Notes under the pieces: model-generated
The model's input: only the letters and a program-made list of their open reading frames with translations
Databases searched by the model: none
What the model was told of the DNA's origin: nothing
Part shown: positions 8,868 to 19,065 of the stretch, piece after piece
Layout: every line of letters begins with the position of its first letter
Position numbering within the stretch: the stretch's first letter is position 1
Translations under genes and position numbers: made by a program
From: a virus
Taxonomy: Duplodnaviria; Caudoviricetes
IMG/VR virus record: IMGVR_UViG_3300005804_000108
Span: 1-52,261 of that record
Length of the DNA stretch: 52,261 bases
Direction: 5' to 3' (one strand)

Positions 8868-11800
8868 CTACGTCCGAGCCACAGGCATGCCGATTTCATT
8901 CCATTCATCCAAAATCTTCGCGTTGCTTGCCGTCTCTTTTGTGTTTTTGTTGATTTGAGTCATGAGCGCCCGCAATGCTCTGAACTCAGCAATCAGTTCA
9001 GAATTGTCGCCGCCGATCATTTTCTTACTATCGGCATTGCTGTAAATCCGACTTGGTCCTGTAAATTCAATTTCCGGCCCGTTTTCTCCGACGATACGCC
9101 AGCCGCCGGCAAACGATCCACCGTCGGCATAGCCTTTAACCGCCCGCAAATAATCCTGCATTGTCGCATAGTCGGATTCCTTCAGGTTTCCTCTCGCGTC
9201 CTCGATGTATTTGTAATAGGCGTCTGCCGTTTCAGCGAGCGCCAGCAAGGCATAATAAGTCGCCTGCCCCTGTTCTGTTTGCAGCAATCCGGCCTGTTCG
9301 ACCAAGGATCTGTAATCTGCCCGTTCCCCGGGGAGCGTGTATCCGTATAGCCCCAGGGCATCAGATAAAGACGATTCTCTGTTCGCTTGTTTCTCCGCGT
9401 CGGAGAAAAACGCATCGTAGTATGTCTGAAATGCGTCGGTCAGGTCCTCAAGACTTCCGGCAACATTGATCAGCGATTCAGAAAACTTAATCAACTGCGA
9501 CGTTGTTCCGTCGAAGGCCTGATTGGTGTATTCCAGAATATGCAGAACAGAATTTTTATCGAGGACAAGGCGGACAGCGGTTTCAAGCAGGCCTTCATTC
9601 AGATGCTGATACTGGCTGATAATTCCGCCAAACAGCTTTTCTGCCGCTTCATCACCAATCTTGGAAAAATATTCCTGGAGAGTGTCATTCATTTCCTCTC
9701 CGGTCATTCCGGCCAAATTGATCTTTGCCTCTTCAAATGCGTAGTTGAGAGCGTTTTCTGTGTCGGTCCCGAACTGGTTAGCCAGCTCAAGCAGAGTGGA
9801 ACCCATATTCATATAAACCAGGTTGAACATCCGCTGGACATCGCCATCCAGCTCTTTGTAAATCGTTTCGTAGTCATATGAATCCGACCGCCAGAATTCC
9901 GTTGATGTCCGCTTTGTGATATCCTGATAGGCCCGGCTGTTCACGCCCGTCCCGGCAAGAAGATCACGTACAGTCGATTTCCCAAGCGAAATTCCCGAAC
10001 CGGTTGACCAGATTTCTTGTCCGCCGCCAAAGATGTCATTGAAGGAATGAGACAAGAATTGCGTGATATTTTCAGAGAGCTTATCCTGTCCGCCGATCCA
10101 TGGAGTGTAGAGCATGCCGAAAGAGCCCTGAAGGATGGTTACAAATGCTTCAGAAAATCCTTTAAATGACGTTTCAAGAAGATCCTGAAGCTCTGTGGAA
10201 AAGAAACCCGAAACAGAATCCAGGCCGTTATAGCTGCCGGTCCGGAGAATGCTGGTTACAAGGCCTGAAATATTATCATTCAAGTCGCGCAGTTCGTCAT
10301 AGATCTTCGAAAGTTTTACGTCTTCCAGGTCGTAGGTATCCTGCAGGAGTTCCAGCGATTTCGTGACGGACTCACTTCCGGTTCCGTATTCCGCGCCTAA
10401 AACCGTGCTGTTTCCCATGGCGGGCGTTGTAACAGCTGATGCAGCGCCGCCCTGCGAGCTGAATGACGCGCCAATCTGCGATAGATAGGCAGCCACCATT
10501 GCGGCGACGGCCGCTCCGCGGACAACTGCCGTGTATCCGTCGCCGCTGGCCATGGCGTTCATGACGGCTTTCACGCCGAGTATGACGGCTTGTGCGGTCT
10601 CTATTCCTTTTGCCGCCAGACTAAAAGCCAGAGCGGCTTTATGATATTGTTCCTGCTGTTTTGACCCATCCGCGTAAAGGCCGCTGATATTTTCCAGGGT
10701 TGACGATACGTCGTTGAGCGTTCCTTTCCATGGTTCGGCATAGCGCTTGAAACCGGCGATAATTTTTTCCTGAGTGGCCCAGGCATCCGCGGCAGCTTCA
10801 CCGTACATTTTCTTCCGGATCTCACGCTCTTTCTCTATATAGTCGATTTTCATCTCGTATGTTTTTTCTTCGTATCCCTCTATTTCACTGTAGAATTGAG
10901 CCGCATCACGAATTGTATCGTTATATAAGTTCTCATAGGACGCACCGCCTGCTTTTTCATATTTTTTCAATATTTCATCGATATCGTATTGAGCAGCCGA
11001 ACGAATCAGGCCAGATGCATCCGGGCCGATTTTTTCAAAATGCTTTAGAAGCTTGTTTGTTTCTGTCTCTACTTTTACCAGGTCCTGTTCTACGTCCAAA
11101 AGCCCCGTTGCCTCTACCTTTCCTTCCAGCGTTATCTTTGTTTGCTCCCATTGTTTTTGCAGGCGCTCCGCTTCCCTGGCGGCTTCATCCGATGCTTTTT
11201 TTGCAGCAATCGAATTCGCAAGGGCTGCTTTCTCTGCCTTGACTTTTGCTTCCGCAGCCGCAATAATAGACTTGGATGCTTTTTGCTCCGCATCAACCAT
11301 GCCGGCTACATTATCACCCGCCTTGGCTCTTAGATCAGATGCCGAAGCTAATAGATCTTTGGCAGTTTGAGCCGTTGCCGCAGCAATTTTTCTGATATTA
11401 TCCGCTTCCTCCTTTCCACCGAGCTTTTCTTTAACAAAGGCCTGAAATTCTTCCATGTAACTAATCAGGTGGGCAAAACCGCCCGCAGCGGTAAGCACAC
11501 CAGAGGCAAGCCATTGCATGACGCCAAAGGCTTTTTGGAATGCGCCAACTAACCACTTTCCTACCGTCTCGGCGACCTCTTGCGCCTGTGTTTTAAAGCG
11601 CTGCATTGCTATGATGGCGCCGTCCTGTGTTCCTTGCAATTTCAGGGTTTTCAGCTCCAGATTGGCCATGGCTAAATTATAAAGAGACATCGAATCGGCT
11701 CCCGCCTCAACTGCCTGCTGAACAATTTTCATCTGATCTTTTGTAATGGCTCCGTACTGAACCATGGCCTTACCGTTTTTGTTGGCTATTGCATCGGATA

Positions 11801-12257
11801 GTCCATCAAACGTCTCTGCAACAGTTGCCCCCATGTACCGTGACGCCGTGATGACATTTGCGGAAAAGCGCTCAATCTGCTTTTCGTCGTACCCTTGCAG
11901 CATGAGCTTAACGGCTTTTTGCATGATGGCCGAATCATCGACGGTTTCTTTCATCGCACGCTTCATATTGTCTACCATGGCGTCGGCATTTATGTTTGAT
12001 TGTTCCGCTATGATTTTATACGACGATTCACTCGCCATCGCCCGCGCGCCCTCTTCCATCAGCTTCACGGCAGACATAGTAGCGGCTGATACGATGCCGA
12101 TCGCGGCTGTCGCTTTCAGCCAGTTACTCTTCATCGAAGACACGACGGCGGATGTTGCGCTTCCCGTCTTTTCCGTTTCTTCGCGGACAGTTTTAAACCC
12201 GGTTACAGCGCCGGAGGCATCGGTGGTAATGCGTATTTTAACTTCCTTGTCTGCCAT
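8868..12257 (-). CDS. Tail tape measure protein
   Basis: 1129 aa, Ala-rich helical; N-term VKIRITTDASG; C-term GYADGG...VGENGPE. Confidence 0.9.
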   Translation of the reverse strand: MADKEVKIRITTDASGAVTGFKTVREETEKTGSATSAVVSSMKSNWLKATAAIGIVSAATMSAVKLMEEGARAMASESSYKIIAEQSNINADAMVDNMKRAMKETVDDSAIMQKAVKLMLQGYDEKQIERFSANVITASRYMGATVAETFDGLSDAIANKNGKAMVQYGAITKDQMKIVQQAVEAGADSMSLYNLAMANLELKTLKLQGTQDGAIIAMQRFKTQAQEVAETVGKWLVGAFQKAFGVMQWLASGVLTAAGGFAHLISYMEEFQAFVKEKLGGKEEADNIRKIAAATAQTAKDLLASASDLRAKAGDNVAGMVDAEQKASKSIIAAAEAKVKAEKAALANSIAAKKASDEAAREAERLQKQWEQTKITLEGKVEATGLLDVEQDLVKVETETNKLLKHFEKIGPDASGLIRSAAQYDIDEILKKYEKAGGASYENLYNDTIRDAAQFYSEIEGYEEKTYEMKIDYIEKEREIRKKMYGEAAADAWATQEKIIAGFKRYAEPWKGTLNDVSSTLENISGLYADGSKQQEQYHKAALAFSLAAKGIETAQAVILGVKAVMNAMASGDGYTAVVRGAAVAAMVAAYLSQIGASFSSQGGAASAVTTPAMGNSTVLGAEYGTGSESVTKSLELLQDTYDLEDVKLSKIYDELRDLNDNISGLVTSILRTGSYNGLDSVSGFFSTELQDLLETSFKGFSEAFVTILQGSFGMLYTPWIGGQDKLSENITQFLSHSFNDIFGGGQEIWSTGSGISLGKSTVRDLLAGTGVNSRAYQDITKRTSTEFWRSDSYDYETIYKELDGDVQRMFNLVYMNMGSTLLELANQFGTDTENALNYAFEEAKINLAGMTGEEMNDTLQEYFSKIGDEAAEKLFGGIISQYQHLNEGLLETAVRLVLDKNSVLHILEYTNQAFDGTTSQLIKFSESLINVAGSLEDLTDAFQTYYDAFFSDAEKQANRESSLSDALGLYGYTLPGERADYRSLVEQAGLLQTEQGQATYYALLALAETADAYYKYIEDARGNLKESDYATMQDYLRAVKGYADGGSFAGGWRIVGENGPEIEFTGPSRIYSNADSKKMIGGDNSELIAEFRALRALMTQINKNTKETASNAKILDEWNEIGMPVART

Positions 12258-12260
12258 TTT

Positions 12261-12551
12261 TTATTTTCCCCCTTCCGTTGACAATGATTGCTCCGAACAA
12301 TTTTTACAGGCCCAGTCCAAATATTCTCCGAATTGGGCTTTACAGAATTTTTTCTTCTCTTCGGTGCATGATTCCTTTTTTTTGCCACGCAGGTGATTTA
12401 ACATTTCACGCTCGAATATTTTTACTTTTGCAAAAAATTCCACATCTCGGGCAATGCCCATGGCGCGCGCAACCTCAATGACGGGTTGCAGATTGAGCCC
12501 GTATATATCGCCGAATCCGCCGATCCATTGCGTACTCACAATCATGAGCAC
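12261..12551 (-). CDS. Tail assembly chaperone, gpT-like part (expressed via -1 frameshift)
   Basis: In the -1 frame, open from the slippery site at the end of 12626..13108. Confidence 0.7.
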   Translation of the reverse strand: MLMIVSTQWIGGFGDIYGLNLQPVIEVARAMGIARDVEFFAKVKIFEREMLNHLRGKKKESCTEEKKKFCKAQFGEYLDWACKNCSEQSLSTEGGK

Positions 12552-12625
12552 CTGCCATATTTTTCCGTTATCCGGATGGATTTCTGGATACTTCTCACCC
12601 GATGCATGGGCGCGGGTGAGATCGA

Positions 12626-13108
12626 TCAGTTTTTTTCAATTTCCTTTTTTCGCTCCTCTTCCGACAGTTTATGAAGTTCGATGCAGCGGTTGACAAAGCG
12701 CGCAAATTCCTTGTCTTCAATAAGCATCATCTTATTTTCAAACGTTACGGCAATCGGGTTTCCTGCTTCATCGAGCAGATCTTCATAGTCTTCAATTACA
12801 TGATCCCAGAACATTTCTGCCGATTCGCGCAACTGCTGATAGGTTTGCGGCTCGATGCCTCCAACCAATTCCATTTTTTTTGTATGTTCATTATATGCAT
12901 GCTCTCTGATTCGCGTTGTTGTTTTTTCACGAATTGAGTCTAAGACATGCGCGGAGGCAACACGTATCTTCACCCTTCCGGCGTTCGGTTCGGGTATTAA
13001 ATATTCAATCACCGGTTCGCCTTTTTTGTCCTTTTTATCAGTCTCGATACTGCCAAAGTACGGAAACCATACGCCTTCGGATTTCTTATTGACGTTGAAT
13101 TTTTTCAT
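12626..13108 (-). CDS. Tail assembly chaperone, gpG-like
   Basis: Between tail tube and TMP; ends GAA AAA AAC TGA. Confidence 0.75.
   Translation of the reverse strand: MKKFNVNKKSEGVWFPYFGSIETDKKDKKGEPVIEYLIPEPNAGRVKIRVASAHVLDSIREKTTTRIREHAYNEHTKKMELVGGIEPQTYQQLRESAEMFWDHVIEDYEDLLDEAGNPIAVTFENKMMLIEDKEFARFVNRCIELHKLSEEERKKEIEKN
12629..12635 (-). other. Programmed -1 frameshift slippery site A AAA AAC
   Basis: In-frame X XXY YYZ heptamer; the -1 frame reads KKLIDLTRAHASGEKYPEIHPDNGKIWQVLMIVSTQW into the next ORF. Confidence 0.8.
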
Positions 13109-13188
13109 GCTTTATACGCTTTCTGCGCGCCCCGGTGGGCGCGCGTTTATGTTATTTTGTTAATGATTCATCTCACTGCCGATCCACA

Positions 13189-14457
13189 TTACGCCGCGTA
13201 GGTGGCGACCTTGTTCCCCACTGTGGCGATGCAACTGCCGTACGTTGCATCCTGCAGGACGGTGATGTCCCCCGCTTCGGCCAGGACCTTATCGTTAACG
13301 CTGATGGGCGCCTGGAGGACAGCGCACTTCGGGAAAACAAGATCGACGTAATAGTTATATCCGGAGGCCCATTCATCACCGGTGGCGGTGAGTTGCACAC
13401 CAAATGTTTCATTGGCCAGCATGCGGCGCTGAAGCATGAAATCGCGCATTTGTCGGTTAAGTTTGAGTGCCTGGGTGCGTCCCTTGCGCATGGCGTAACT
13501 GGCATAGGTATTGGTCCCGCCGGGGCGGAATTCAATCGCCGTATTATTGTTGACGACGTGCTCGATAGATTCGATTTCCGCCGAAAGACTTTTTCCACCC
13601 AGGAACGCAGATCCGCTCCAGAGTCCGCCTACTTTTACGACCAGATTGGAGATGCGAAGCGGCGGCTCAGTGACACGAGCCGGGAATGTGCACCATGCGG
13701 GCTCGGTGGGGATATACAAAATCTCATAGGTGGTCGATGTGGCCACACCTCCCACAGCGGTGATAGTCAATACTGCCGGGGTTGCAGCGGATACCGCCGT
13801 GACGGTTGCCTCCGCCCATTCACCCGTTGTCGGAACCAGGACACGCACCTGATGAATGCTGTCCAGCCGCGCCTGTGCGGTTGCACCCTGAACGGCATTG
13901 GCGGCAAGCGTAAGCGAGGTTGCGTTGTAGGCCGCACTAACGGTTTCCCGGGCAATATTATCCGTATATTTGCCGGTGCCCTTGCAGGACAAGGCCAGCT
14001 TGGCCCAGGCATCGCGCGCAAACGTGGCGGTGAGCTGATCGACATGCATGGATGCAACACGGCGCTTCAGGACAGTATTTCCCAGGCGCTGGGCAGCAGT
14101 AAAGCTGGGATTGCTCATGTCGGACGTGGGCGTAATGGTGTGCTTGTATCCGGCTCCCCAGGCAGCGGCACTGCGCGTTCCAAGGGCGAATGCATAGCCA
14201 AATCCAAAATGCTGAGCCTGTGCTTTCTCAAAGTTCATGTTCAGCGACGCCAGCGCACCCAGATCATAAATCGAGTCGGCTTCTTCCATGCCGGTAAGTT
14301 CGCCTGCGTTGCTTTCACGACGCGGTTCAAGCGATATAATATCGCTTTTGGATACAAGCATGGATGTATCCAGGGTCTGTTCGGTATTCAATGCCGTTTC
14401 CTTGTTCAGCGCGGAAACGGCCAGCAGGTTATAATCGGCTAAAAAGCTTCGGGACAT
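13189..14457 (-). CDS. Major tail tube protein
   Basis: Position after terminator gene; beta-rich 422 aa; followed by a GC hairpin (~13125-13146); no sheath gene present. Confidence 0.75.
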   Translation of the reverse strand: MSRSFLADYNLLAVSALNKETALNTEQTLDTSMLVSKSDIISLEPRRESNAGELTGMEEADSIYDLGALASLNMNFEKAQAQHFGFGYAFALGTRSAAAWGAGYKHTITPTSDMSNPSFTAAQRLGNTVLKRRVASMHVDQLTATFARDAWAKLALSCKGTGKYTDNIARETVSAAYNATSLTLAANAVQGATAQARLDSIHQVRVLVPTTGEWAEATVTAVSAATPAVLTITAVGGVATSTTYEILYIPTEPAWCTFPARVTEPPLRISNLVVKVGGLWSGSAFLGGKSLSAEIESIEHVVNNNTAIEFRPGGTNTYASYAMRKGRTQALKLNRQMRDFMLQRRMLANETFGVQLTATGDEWASGYNYYVDLVFPKCAVLQAPISVNDKVLAEAGDITVLQDATYGSCIATVGNKVATYAA

Positions 14458-14460
14458 TGT

Positions 14461-14685
14461 TTAATCCTCCTTGTCTTCGGGTTTGGGTTCCGTCATCGGG
14501 TCGGTTGGCTGTGCGTCGCCGACGACGTCAAACTTGTGCGCCTCTTCGGGCGGAATGTCATGATACAGCACACCGGCCTTATATTTGCGGTGGGCATACG
14601 CTCCGTCCACCACTTCGATATCGGGCTGATTTTCTTTCAATTTAAATGCCATATTGATTGTCTCCTTTCCGGTTAGTATTGCCAT
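14461..14685 (-). CDS. Hypothetical protein
   Basis: Short acidic ORF in tail operon with SD. Confidence 0.5.
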   Translation of the reverse strand: MAILTGKETINMAFKLKENQPDIEVVDGAYAHRKYKAGVLYHDIPPEEAHKFDVVGDAQPTDPMTEPKPEDKED

Positions 14686-15116
14686 TTTTCTGTTCGGTAT
14701 TCGATTTCGATAAATATTGTTCCCGCTCCGATGATCTTATCTGATTTCTGGATGTCGATCTTTTCGCCGACCGGCGTGGTGCAATCGGCCAGTCCGCCCC
14801 ACGTCTCATCTGTGCCGATCGCGCGGAAGACATCCTCGATCATTTTGCGGATGCGCTTGGCCGTCTCAACGCCAGCTTTGGCTTTGACTTCGATTTCGAC
14901 GACCATCTTGTTGTCGAATTCTACAACGGTCGCCTGCGTTCGGCCATTGCCCGGATCCCGGTAGATGATGGCCTCCAGTTCGGAGTCATCCAGGTCCCGG
15001 TCTTCCCAGTCAAAAACATGCTGGCCGGCGTTGGTTTTATAGTCGTTGACGACCAGGATGGTTTTTAGCCTGGTATCCAGGGCGGTGATGATTTGCTGGC
15101 GGATGGAATCGCTCAC
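14673..15116 (-). CDS. Tail terminator protein
   Basis: SIRQQIITALDTRL...DETWGGLA motif typical of tail-completion proteins. Confidence 0.7.
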   Translation of the reverse strand: MSDSIRQQIITALDTRLKTILVVNDYKTNAGQHVFDWEDRDLDDSELEAIIYRDPGNGRTQATVVEFDNKMVVEIEVKAKAGVETAKRIRKMIEDVFRAIGTDETWGGLADCTTPVGEKIDIQKSDKIIGAGTIFIEIEYRTEKWQY

Positions 15117-15155
15117 GTTTTTCGCTCCAGGTTCATGGTTAAAGGTTCAAGGTCA

Positions 15156-15542
15156 TCAATCGATACTCAGATCGATGAGGCTCATATAGTCGTCGCCGTC
15201 TTCGGGCGGCGCTTTTATGATGTACGTTATGCCGCGGACGGTGATGGATTCGCCGGGTTTAATGCCGGCGACATCCGACGTCATAGCCTCAATCCAGATG
15301 CGGTATCCATCGAGACCGAGTTCGCGCTGGGATTCCTTGTGGAAGAATACGCGAACCGTCTCCGGATCGCCCATCAACGATGTGTAAACGGCGTCCTCAC
15401 CGAGCGGTCCGTTCAGCATGTCGCGCAGGGCGGCGGTAAAGATTTCCTCTCCGGATCCGGCTGCCGGAGTAGCCGGGGTGATCTTTGTTCCGGTTCCGGC
15501 GCCGATGCCGGTTATTTTTGTGCCGGTGCCTGAGCCGCTCAT
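15156..15542 (-). CDS. Head-tail joining protein (gpFII-like)
   Basis: GESITVRGITYII...DG pattern; Gly/Thr repeat at N-terminus. Confidence 0.6.
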   Translation of the reverse strand: MSGSGTGTKITGIGAGTGTKITPATPAAGSGEEIFTAALRDMLNGPLGEDAVYTSLMGDPETVRVFFHKESQRELGLDGYRIWIEAMTSDVAGIKPGESITVRGITYIIKAPPEDGDDYMSLIDLSID

Positions 15543-17386
15543 GAGACAACCTCCACGTCGGGATCGGTGAACGTGTACCCTGTCTTCTGACGCCAGAAAT
15601 AATATGTTCCAGGATCCAGCAGGAACGAGGCAATGCCGCTGTAGTTGGTCACTGCATAGGCAACGATGTTTGCGCCCGCGGCATCGGTGGAGACGCGGAC
15701 ATCGACGCCGCGGATGGGCGTTGTTCCGCCGGTTTCGGTCAGGGTATAGTTATAGCTGACTGATCCGGTACCGGGCGACGGAATGTATGAGCCCAGTACG
15801 GCGCCGGCGGTGCCGGCGGCATAGGTACCAGGGACCAGGCTTGCCAGAGGATCGGCAGCGGCGCCGGATGCGGCCAGGGCCGCGCCTGCGGTTCCAGCGG
15901 CGTCATGTCCCGAAAGCGCTTCATCCAGAACGCCGTTGACGATATCTTGGACTGTCAGACTGGATCCGCCGCCGGTCGGGGCCAGTTCCAGGGCGTTGGT
16001 AGTGAGGCGCCGTACTCCGGAATCGTCCTCTGTCATTTCCCAGAGATGGTCGAGCTTTGATCCATTGGCTTCCAGGGCCGTCTTGATGTCTGCGGCGGTG
16101 GGTGGCGTGGTTGCCAGGCTGAATCCGGACTTGTCGTTAACGTCCACTTTTCCGCCCGTAATGGTCAGGGCGGACGCGATCCTGGAAAGAAGGGTGGTTA
16201 TGCCTGTGCTGTCAGATATCGCCGTCAGGGTCCGCGTGGCGGCTCCCCAGATGTCGGAAACCAGTGTTCCGAAACTGGTGAGGGTGCGCGTGCCGACACT
16301 CCAAATGTCAGAGGCGCTGTGACTGGACCGGCTGGAGATTGTGGCATTGATATTGTCGCCGATGATTTTCCCAGCAGTCCCAGCGCCATATGATCCGGGT
16401 AGGGATGTAGACCAGGGATCGCCCGCTGATCCGGCGGCATTGAGCGCATTGCCGGTTGTGCCGGAGGTCAGGTGTCCGCTGATTACCTCATCCCATACAG
16501 CATCGGCAACGGCGGCGGCGGTGGGCGGCGTGACGGTGAGCGTATAGCCGGTCTTGTCGTTATTAGTTGCCACGGTCACACCAAAACCAAATGCGCTGAG
16601 CGTTCGTGTTGCATACTCCCAGACCTGCTGGGCTGTTAACGTTGATGTCCCGGCCGTTTTTGCTGCGTCATATGCGGCAATTAGAGAGTATCCGGTTTTA
16701 TCGTTATTGGTGGACACGGTCACGCCAAATCCAAACGCGCTGAGCGTCCGGGTTGCATACTCCCAGACCTGCTGGGCGGTGAGGGTGGATGTTCCGACCG
16801 TGGGCAGCGATCCGGTGTTCCATTGCAGGATATTCGCGGGCAGGTTGCCGGTTACGTCGGCTGCCGCGAGGGTGGAGGGCATTTTATCCGGAGCCGTGGA
16901 GCCCTTCCACTTTGTGACATTGACGGCCTGATCGGCGGCCAGAAGGACCGACGTACCGATATCGCGGGCGGTCTGCGTGGTGCCGCCGATCTTCGTGACG
17001 TTGACATCCTGCGTGGCCGTATTGAGATCAAAATCCGTGAGCTGGATTTCCAGTGGTACCGGAGCCATGCCGGACGCGCCTTTGAGCATGACGACGGCGG
17101 AATTGACACCGCTGGCCAGGATTGCATCGGACAGATCGAGGCGATAAACGCCGGGCATGTTGGTCGCGTCGATCTCAACAAAGCCTCCGTCTGTATGCGC
17201 GCCGGTTACGGTCTGCGTAACTAATGAGAGTTGCGCCGCCGCCGAGCCGGGACGGACGTAATAGCAGGTTAAAGACGCTGTGTTATAGGCCAGGCCGGTT
17301 TTTCCCGCGCCGGAAGTGGAGCTGGAATCCGGGATGAAGATGACAACGCTCTGATCGGTTGCGCCTTTTTTCAGGATTTGTTTCAT
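15539..17386 (-). CDS. Repetitive virion structural protein (head/collar fibre-like)
   Basis: Ala/Gly/Thr-rich; repeated VWEYATRTL / IWSVGTRTL / VWDE..GH motifs; C-terminal Ig-like beta domain. Confidence 0.6.
   Translation of the reverse strand: MKQILKKGATDQSVVIFIPDSSSTSGAGKTGLAYNTASLTCYYVRPGSAAAQLSLVTQTVTGAHTDGGFVEIDATNMPGVYRLDLSDAILASGVNSAVVMLKGASGMAPVPLEIQLTDFDLNTATQDVNVTKIGGTTQTARDIGTSVLLAADQAVNVTKWKGSTAPDKMPSTLAAADVTGNLPANILQWNTGSLPTVGTSTLTAQQVWEYATRTLSAFGFGVTVSTNNDKTGYSLIAAYDAAKTAGTSTLTAQQVWEYATRTLSAFGFGVTVATNNDKTGYTLTVTPPTAAAVADAVWDEVISGHLTSGTTGNALNAAGSAGDPWSTSLPGSYGAGTAGKIIGDNINATISSRSSHSASDIWSVGTRTLTSFGTLVSDIWGAATRTLTAISDSTGITTLLSRIASALTITGGKVDVNDKSGFSLATTPPTAADIKTALEANGSKLDHLWEMTEDDSGVRRLTTNALELAPTGGGSSLTVQDIVNGVLDEALSGHDAAGTAGAALAASGAAADPLASLVPGTYAAGTAGAVLGSYIPSPGTGSVSYNYTLTETGGTTPIRGVDVRVSTDAAGANIVAYAVTNYSGIASFLLDPGTYYFWRQKTGYTFTDPDVEVVS
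16538..16797 (-). repeat. Internal duplication (144-bp period) encoding GTSTLTAQQVWEYATRTLSAFGFGVTVxTNNDKTGY
   Basis: TCCCAGACCTGCTGGGC at 16617 and 16761; differences mostly synonymous; boundaries approximate. Confidence 0.85.
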
Positions 17387-18510
17387 GCGTTACAACCTCC
17401 ATTCATGCCGGGGTGAGTGATAAGGCCGCCGCCGGAACCGGACGGGATGTCGATGCCGTTGACCAATAACTGTATGGGTAACCGCTGAGTGTCGCTATCC
17501 GTCCATGATGCATCTCCTGATGACGGTGCACCGTTGCGGGTTGAGTATTTGACGTTTATACCCTCATGTGTGGCCAACATGCCGCTATAGGACCCGATGT
17601 CAGCATAGGTAAAATAATACGTATTGATGCTTGTTGAACTTTTCGGAAGCAGCGCTAAACGATACCATTGATTTTGATCGATTGACGCATTATTCAGGGG
17701 AATATAATGAGATCTGTATGTATTAGACGGACGTGCAGTGTTGGTTATAGTGTGCGGTCCATACGCAACAGTATATCCATCCGGTCCATAGAGGATTACA
17801 TCAATATCGCTGTCAGCATCGACGTATATCCATGCTCCCTGTAACTGGACAGCATAATCGGGAAATCTGAACATCATCGCCCGGCGGTCTGGGTTGCTGC
17901 CGCTATTCCATACATTTGATACCTGGGTGAGATTTGGCAACAGAGTATGCGGCAGGGGAACTAACTCAGAATCATATTCGAGAGCGACAACTGGGGCCGT
18001 GTAACTACTATCCGTCGCATTGATATATCCATATGTTTCCAGATTAACTGGGTTATATGGATAACTCATCATGTCTCCCGAACCAAATTGATTATATCGT
18101 ACGGTAATTGATCCACCTGTGAGTGATATACACCGTATTACAACACAGAAAGATTGTCCCTGTGTAACACTTATTCCGGATGTTCCATTGATTGCACTGC
18201 GCATCAACCCCGCCGACGGATTAACAATATTAGCACTCACCGCGCCGGACGCATATAATGTTTTTGCTGCATCCGTTGTGGCAACGGGTTGACTGAGCGT
18301 TGATCCATATGTTTCAACGGATACGCGGAGCGTAAGGTCTGGAGACGATACTGATACAATGCTCCATGATACTGCCTTAAGCGTTCCGGACTTCGGAAAC
18401 CGGCCAGCAAATGCAATATGTTCCTCAGCGGCATCAATCACAAATGAAGACGCCGGTTGCGTAGGACGAATATGCGGATAGAGGAAGGGGCTGACAGATT
18501 TGATCGTCAT
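17383..18510 (-). CDS. Beta-rich structural/adhesin-like protein
   Basis: 375 aa, visibly lower GC than flanks, translationally coupled to neighbours. Confidence 0.55.
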   Translation of the reverse strand: MTIKSVSPFLYPHIRPTQPASSFVIDAAEEHIAFAGRFPKSGTLKAVSWSIVSVSSPDLTLRVSVETYGSTLSQPVATTDAAKTLYASGAVSANIVNPSAGLMRSAINGTSGISVTQGQSFCVVIRCISLTGGSITVRYNQFGSGDMMSYPYNPVNLETYGYINATDSSYTAPVVALEYDSELVPLPHTLLPNLTQVSNVWNSGSNPDRRAMMFRFPDYAVQLQGAWIYVDADSDIDVILYGPDGYTVAYGPHTITNTARPSNTYRSHYIPLNNASIDQNQWYRLALLPKSSTSINTYYFTYADIGSYSGMLATHEGINVKYSTRNGAPSSGDASWTDSDTQRLPIQLLVNGIDIPSGSGGGLITHPGMNGGCNA

Positions 18511-18752
18511 ATTTTAAACGTCGCCTCCTCGATGGCTTTTTTCGCCGTGGCGTCGGTTTTATCTGATTGCAGGCGGTAATTCGTTTTCAGGTTTTCCAGA
18601 GCGGTCTTAAACTGATCGTCCGACGCTTTCTCTGCGGTCAGTTCGTCCCGCGTTGCGACATACTTTCGCGTCTCGCTGCCGATGGTGATCTCCGCCGTGA
18701 CGTGCTGGCAGCCGCCAGTCCCAAATTTCAACTTTGCTTTTGCTTCCGCCAT
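18507..18752 (-). CDS. Hypothetical protein
   Basis: GAGGA SD; ATGA overlap with next gene. Confidence 0.55.
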   Translation of the reverse strand: MAEAKAKLKFGTGGCQHVTAEITIGSETRKYVATRDELTAEKASDDQFKTALENLKTNYRLQSDKTDATAKKAIEEATFKI

Positions 18753-18801
18753 GTTTAATCCTCTATTCCATCCTCATCGCCCCGCCGGGTGACGGGGGCG
18801 G

Positions 18802-19065
18802 TTATTTTTCCTTCTTCCCGAATTCGTCGGCCGAATTGGTGAAGTAATTCTTGAGCAGGTACGCTCCACAGGTGCCAAGGAAAACCATGCTCGTCGATTT
18901 CAGAATCGTTGCGGTCGGCACGGTGCCGCCCTGCATGATGCCGAAAAGATACTCGCCAGCCTGAATGCAAGCCGCGGCAAGGCCCAGCGCGACTCCGCGC
19001 CGGACGTCCTTCCAGTCGATGGCCAAAAATTTACTTTTCACTGTTGCCAGGTCCATAGCATTCAA
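18802..19065 (-). CDS. Putative holin
   Basis: Two TM segments, AYLLKNYFTNS and basic C-terminus, in lysis cassette. Confidence 0.6.
   Translation of the reverse strand: MNAMDLATVKSKFLAIDWKDVRRGVALGLAAACIQAGEYLFGIMQGGTVPTATILKSTSMVFLGTCGAYLLKNYFTNSADEFGKKEK

Noticed and set aside
13135-14442. Long plus-strand ORF (435 aa) and similar antisense ORFs such as 20772..21614, 23450..24283 and 28249..28974
   Set aside because: Shadow frames opposite well-supported GC-rich phage genes, with no motifs
16538-16797. Diversity-generating retroelement TR/VR pair
   Set aside because: Both copies are in frame in one gene, differences are mostly synonymous and not adenine-specific, and no reverse transcriptase is in the window
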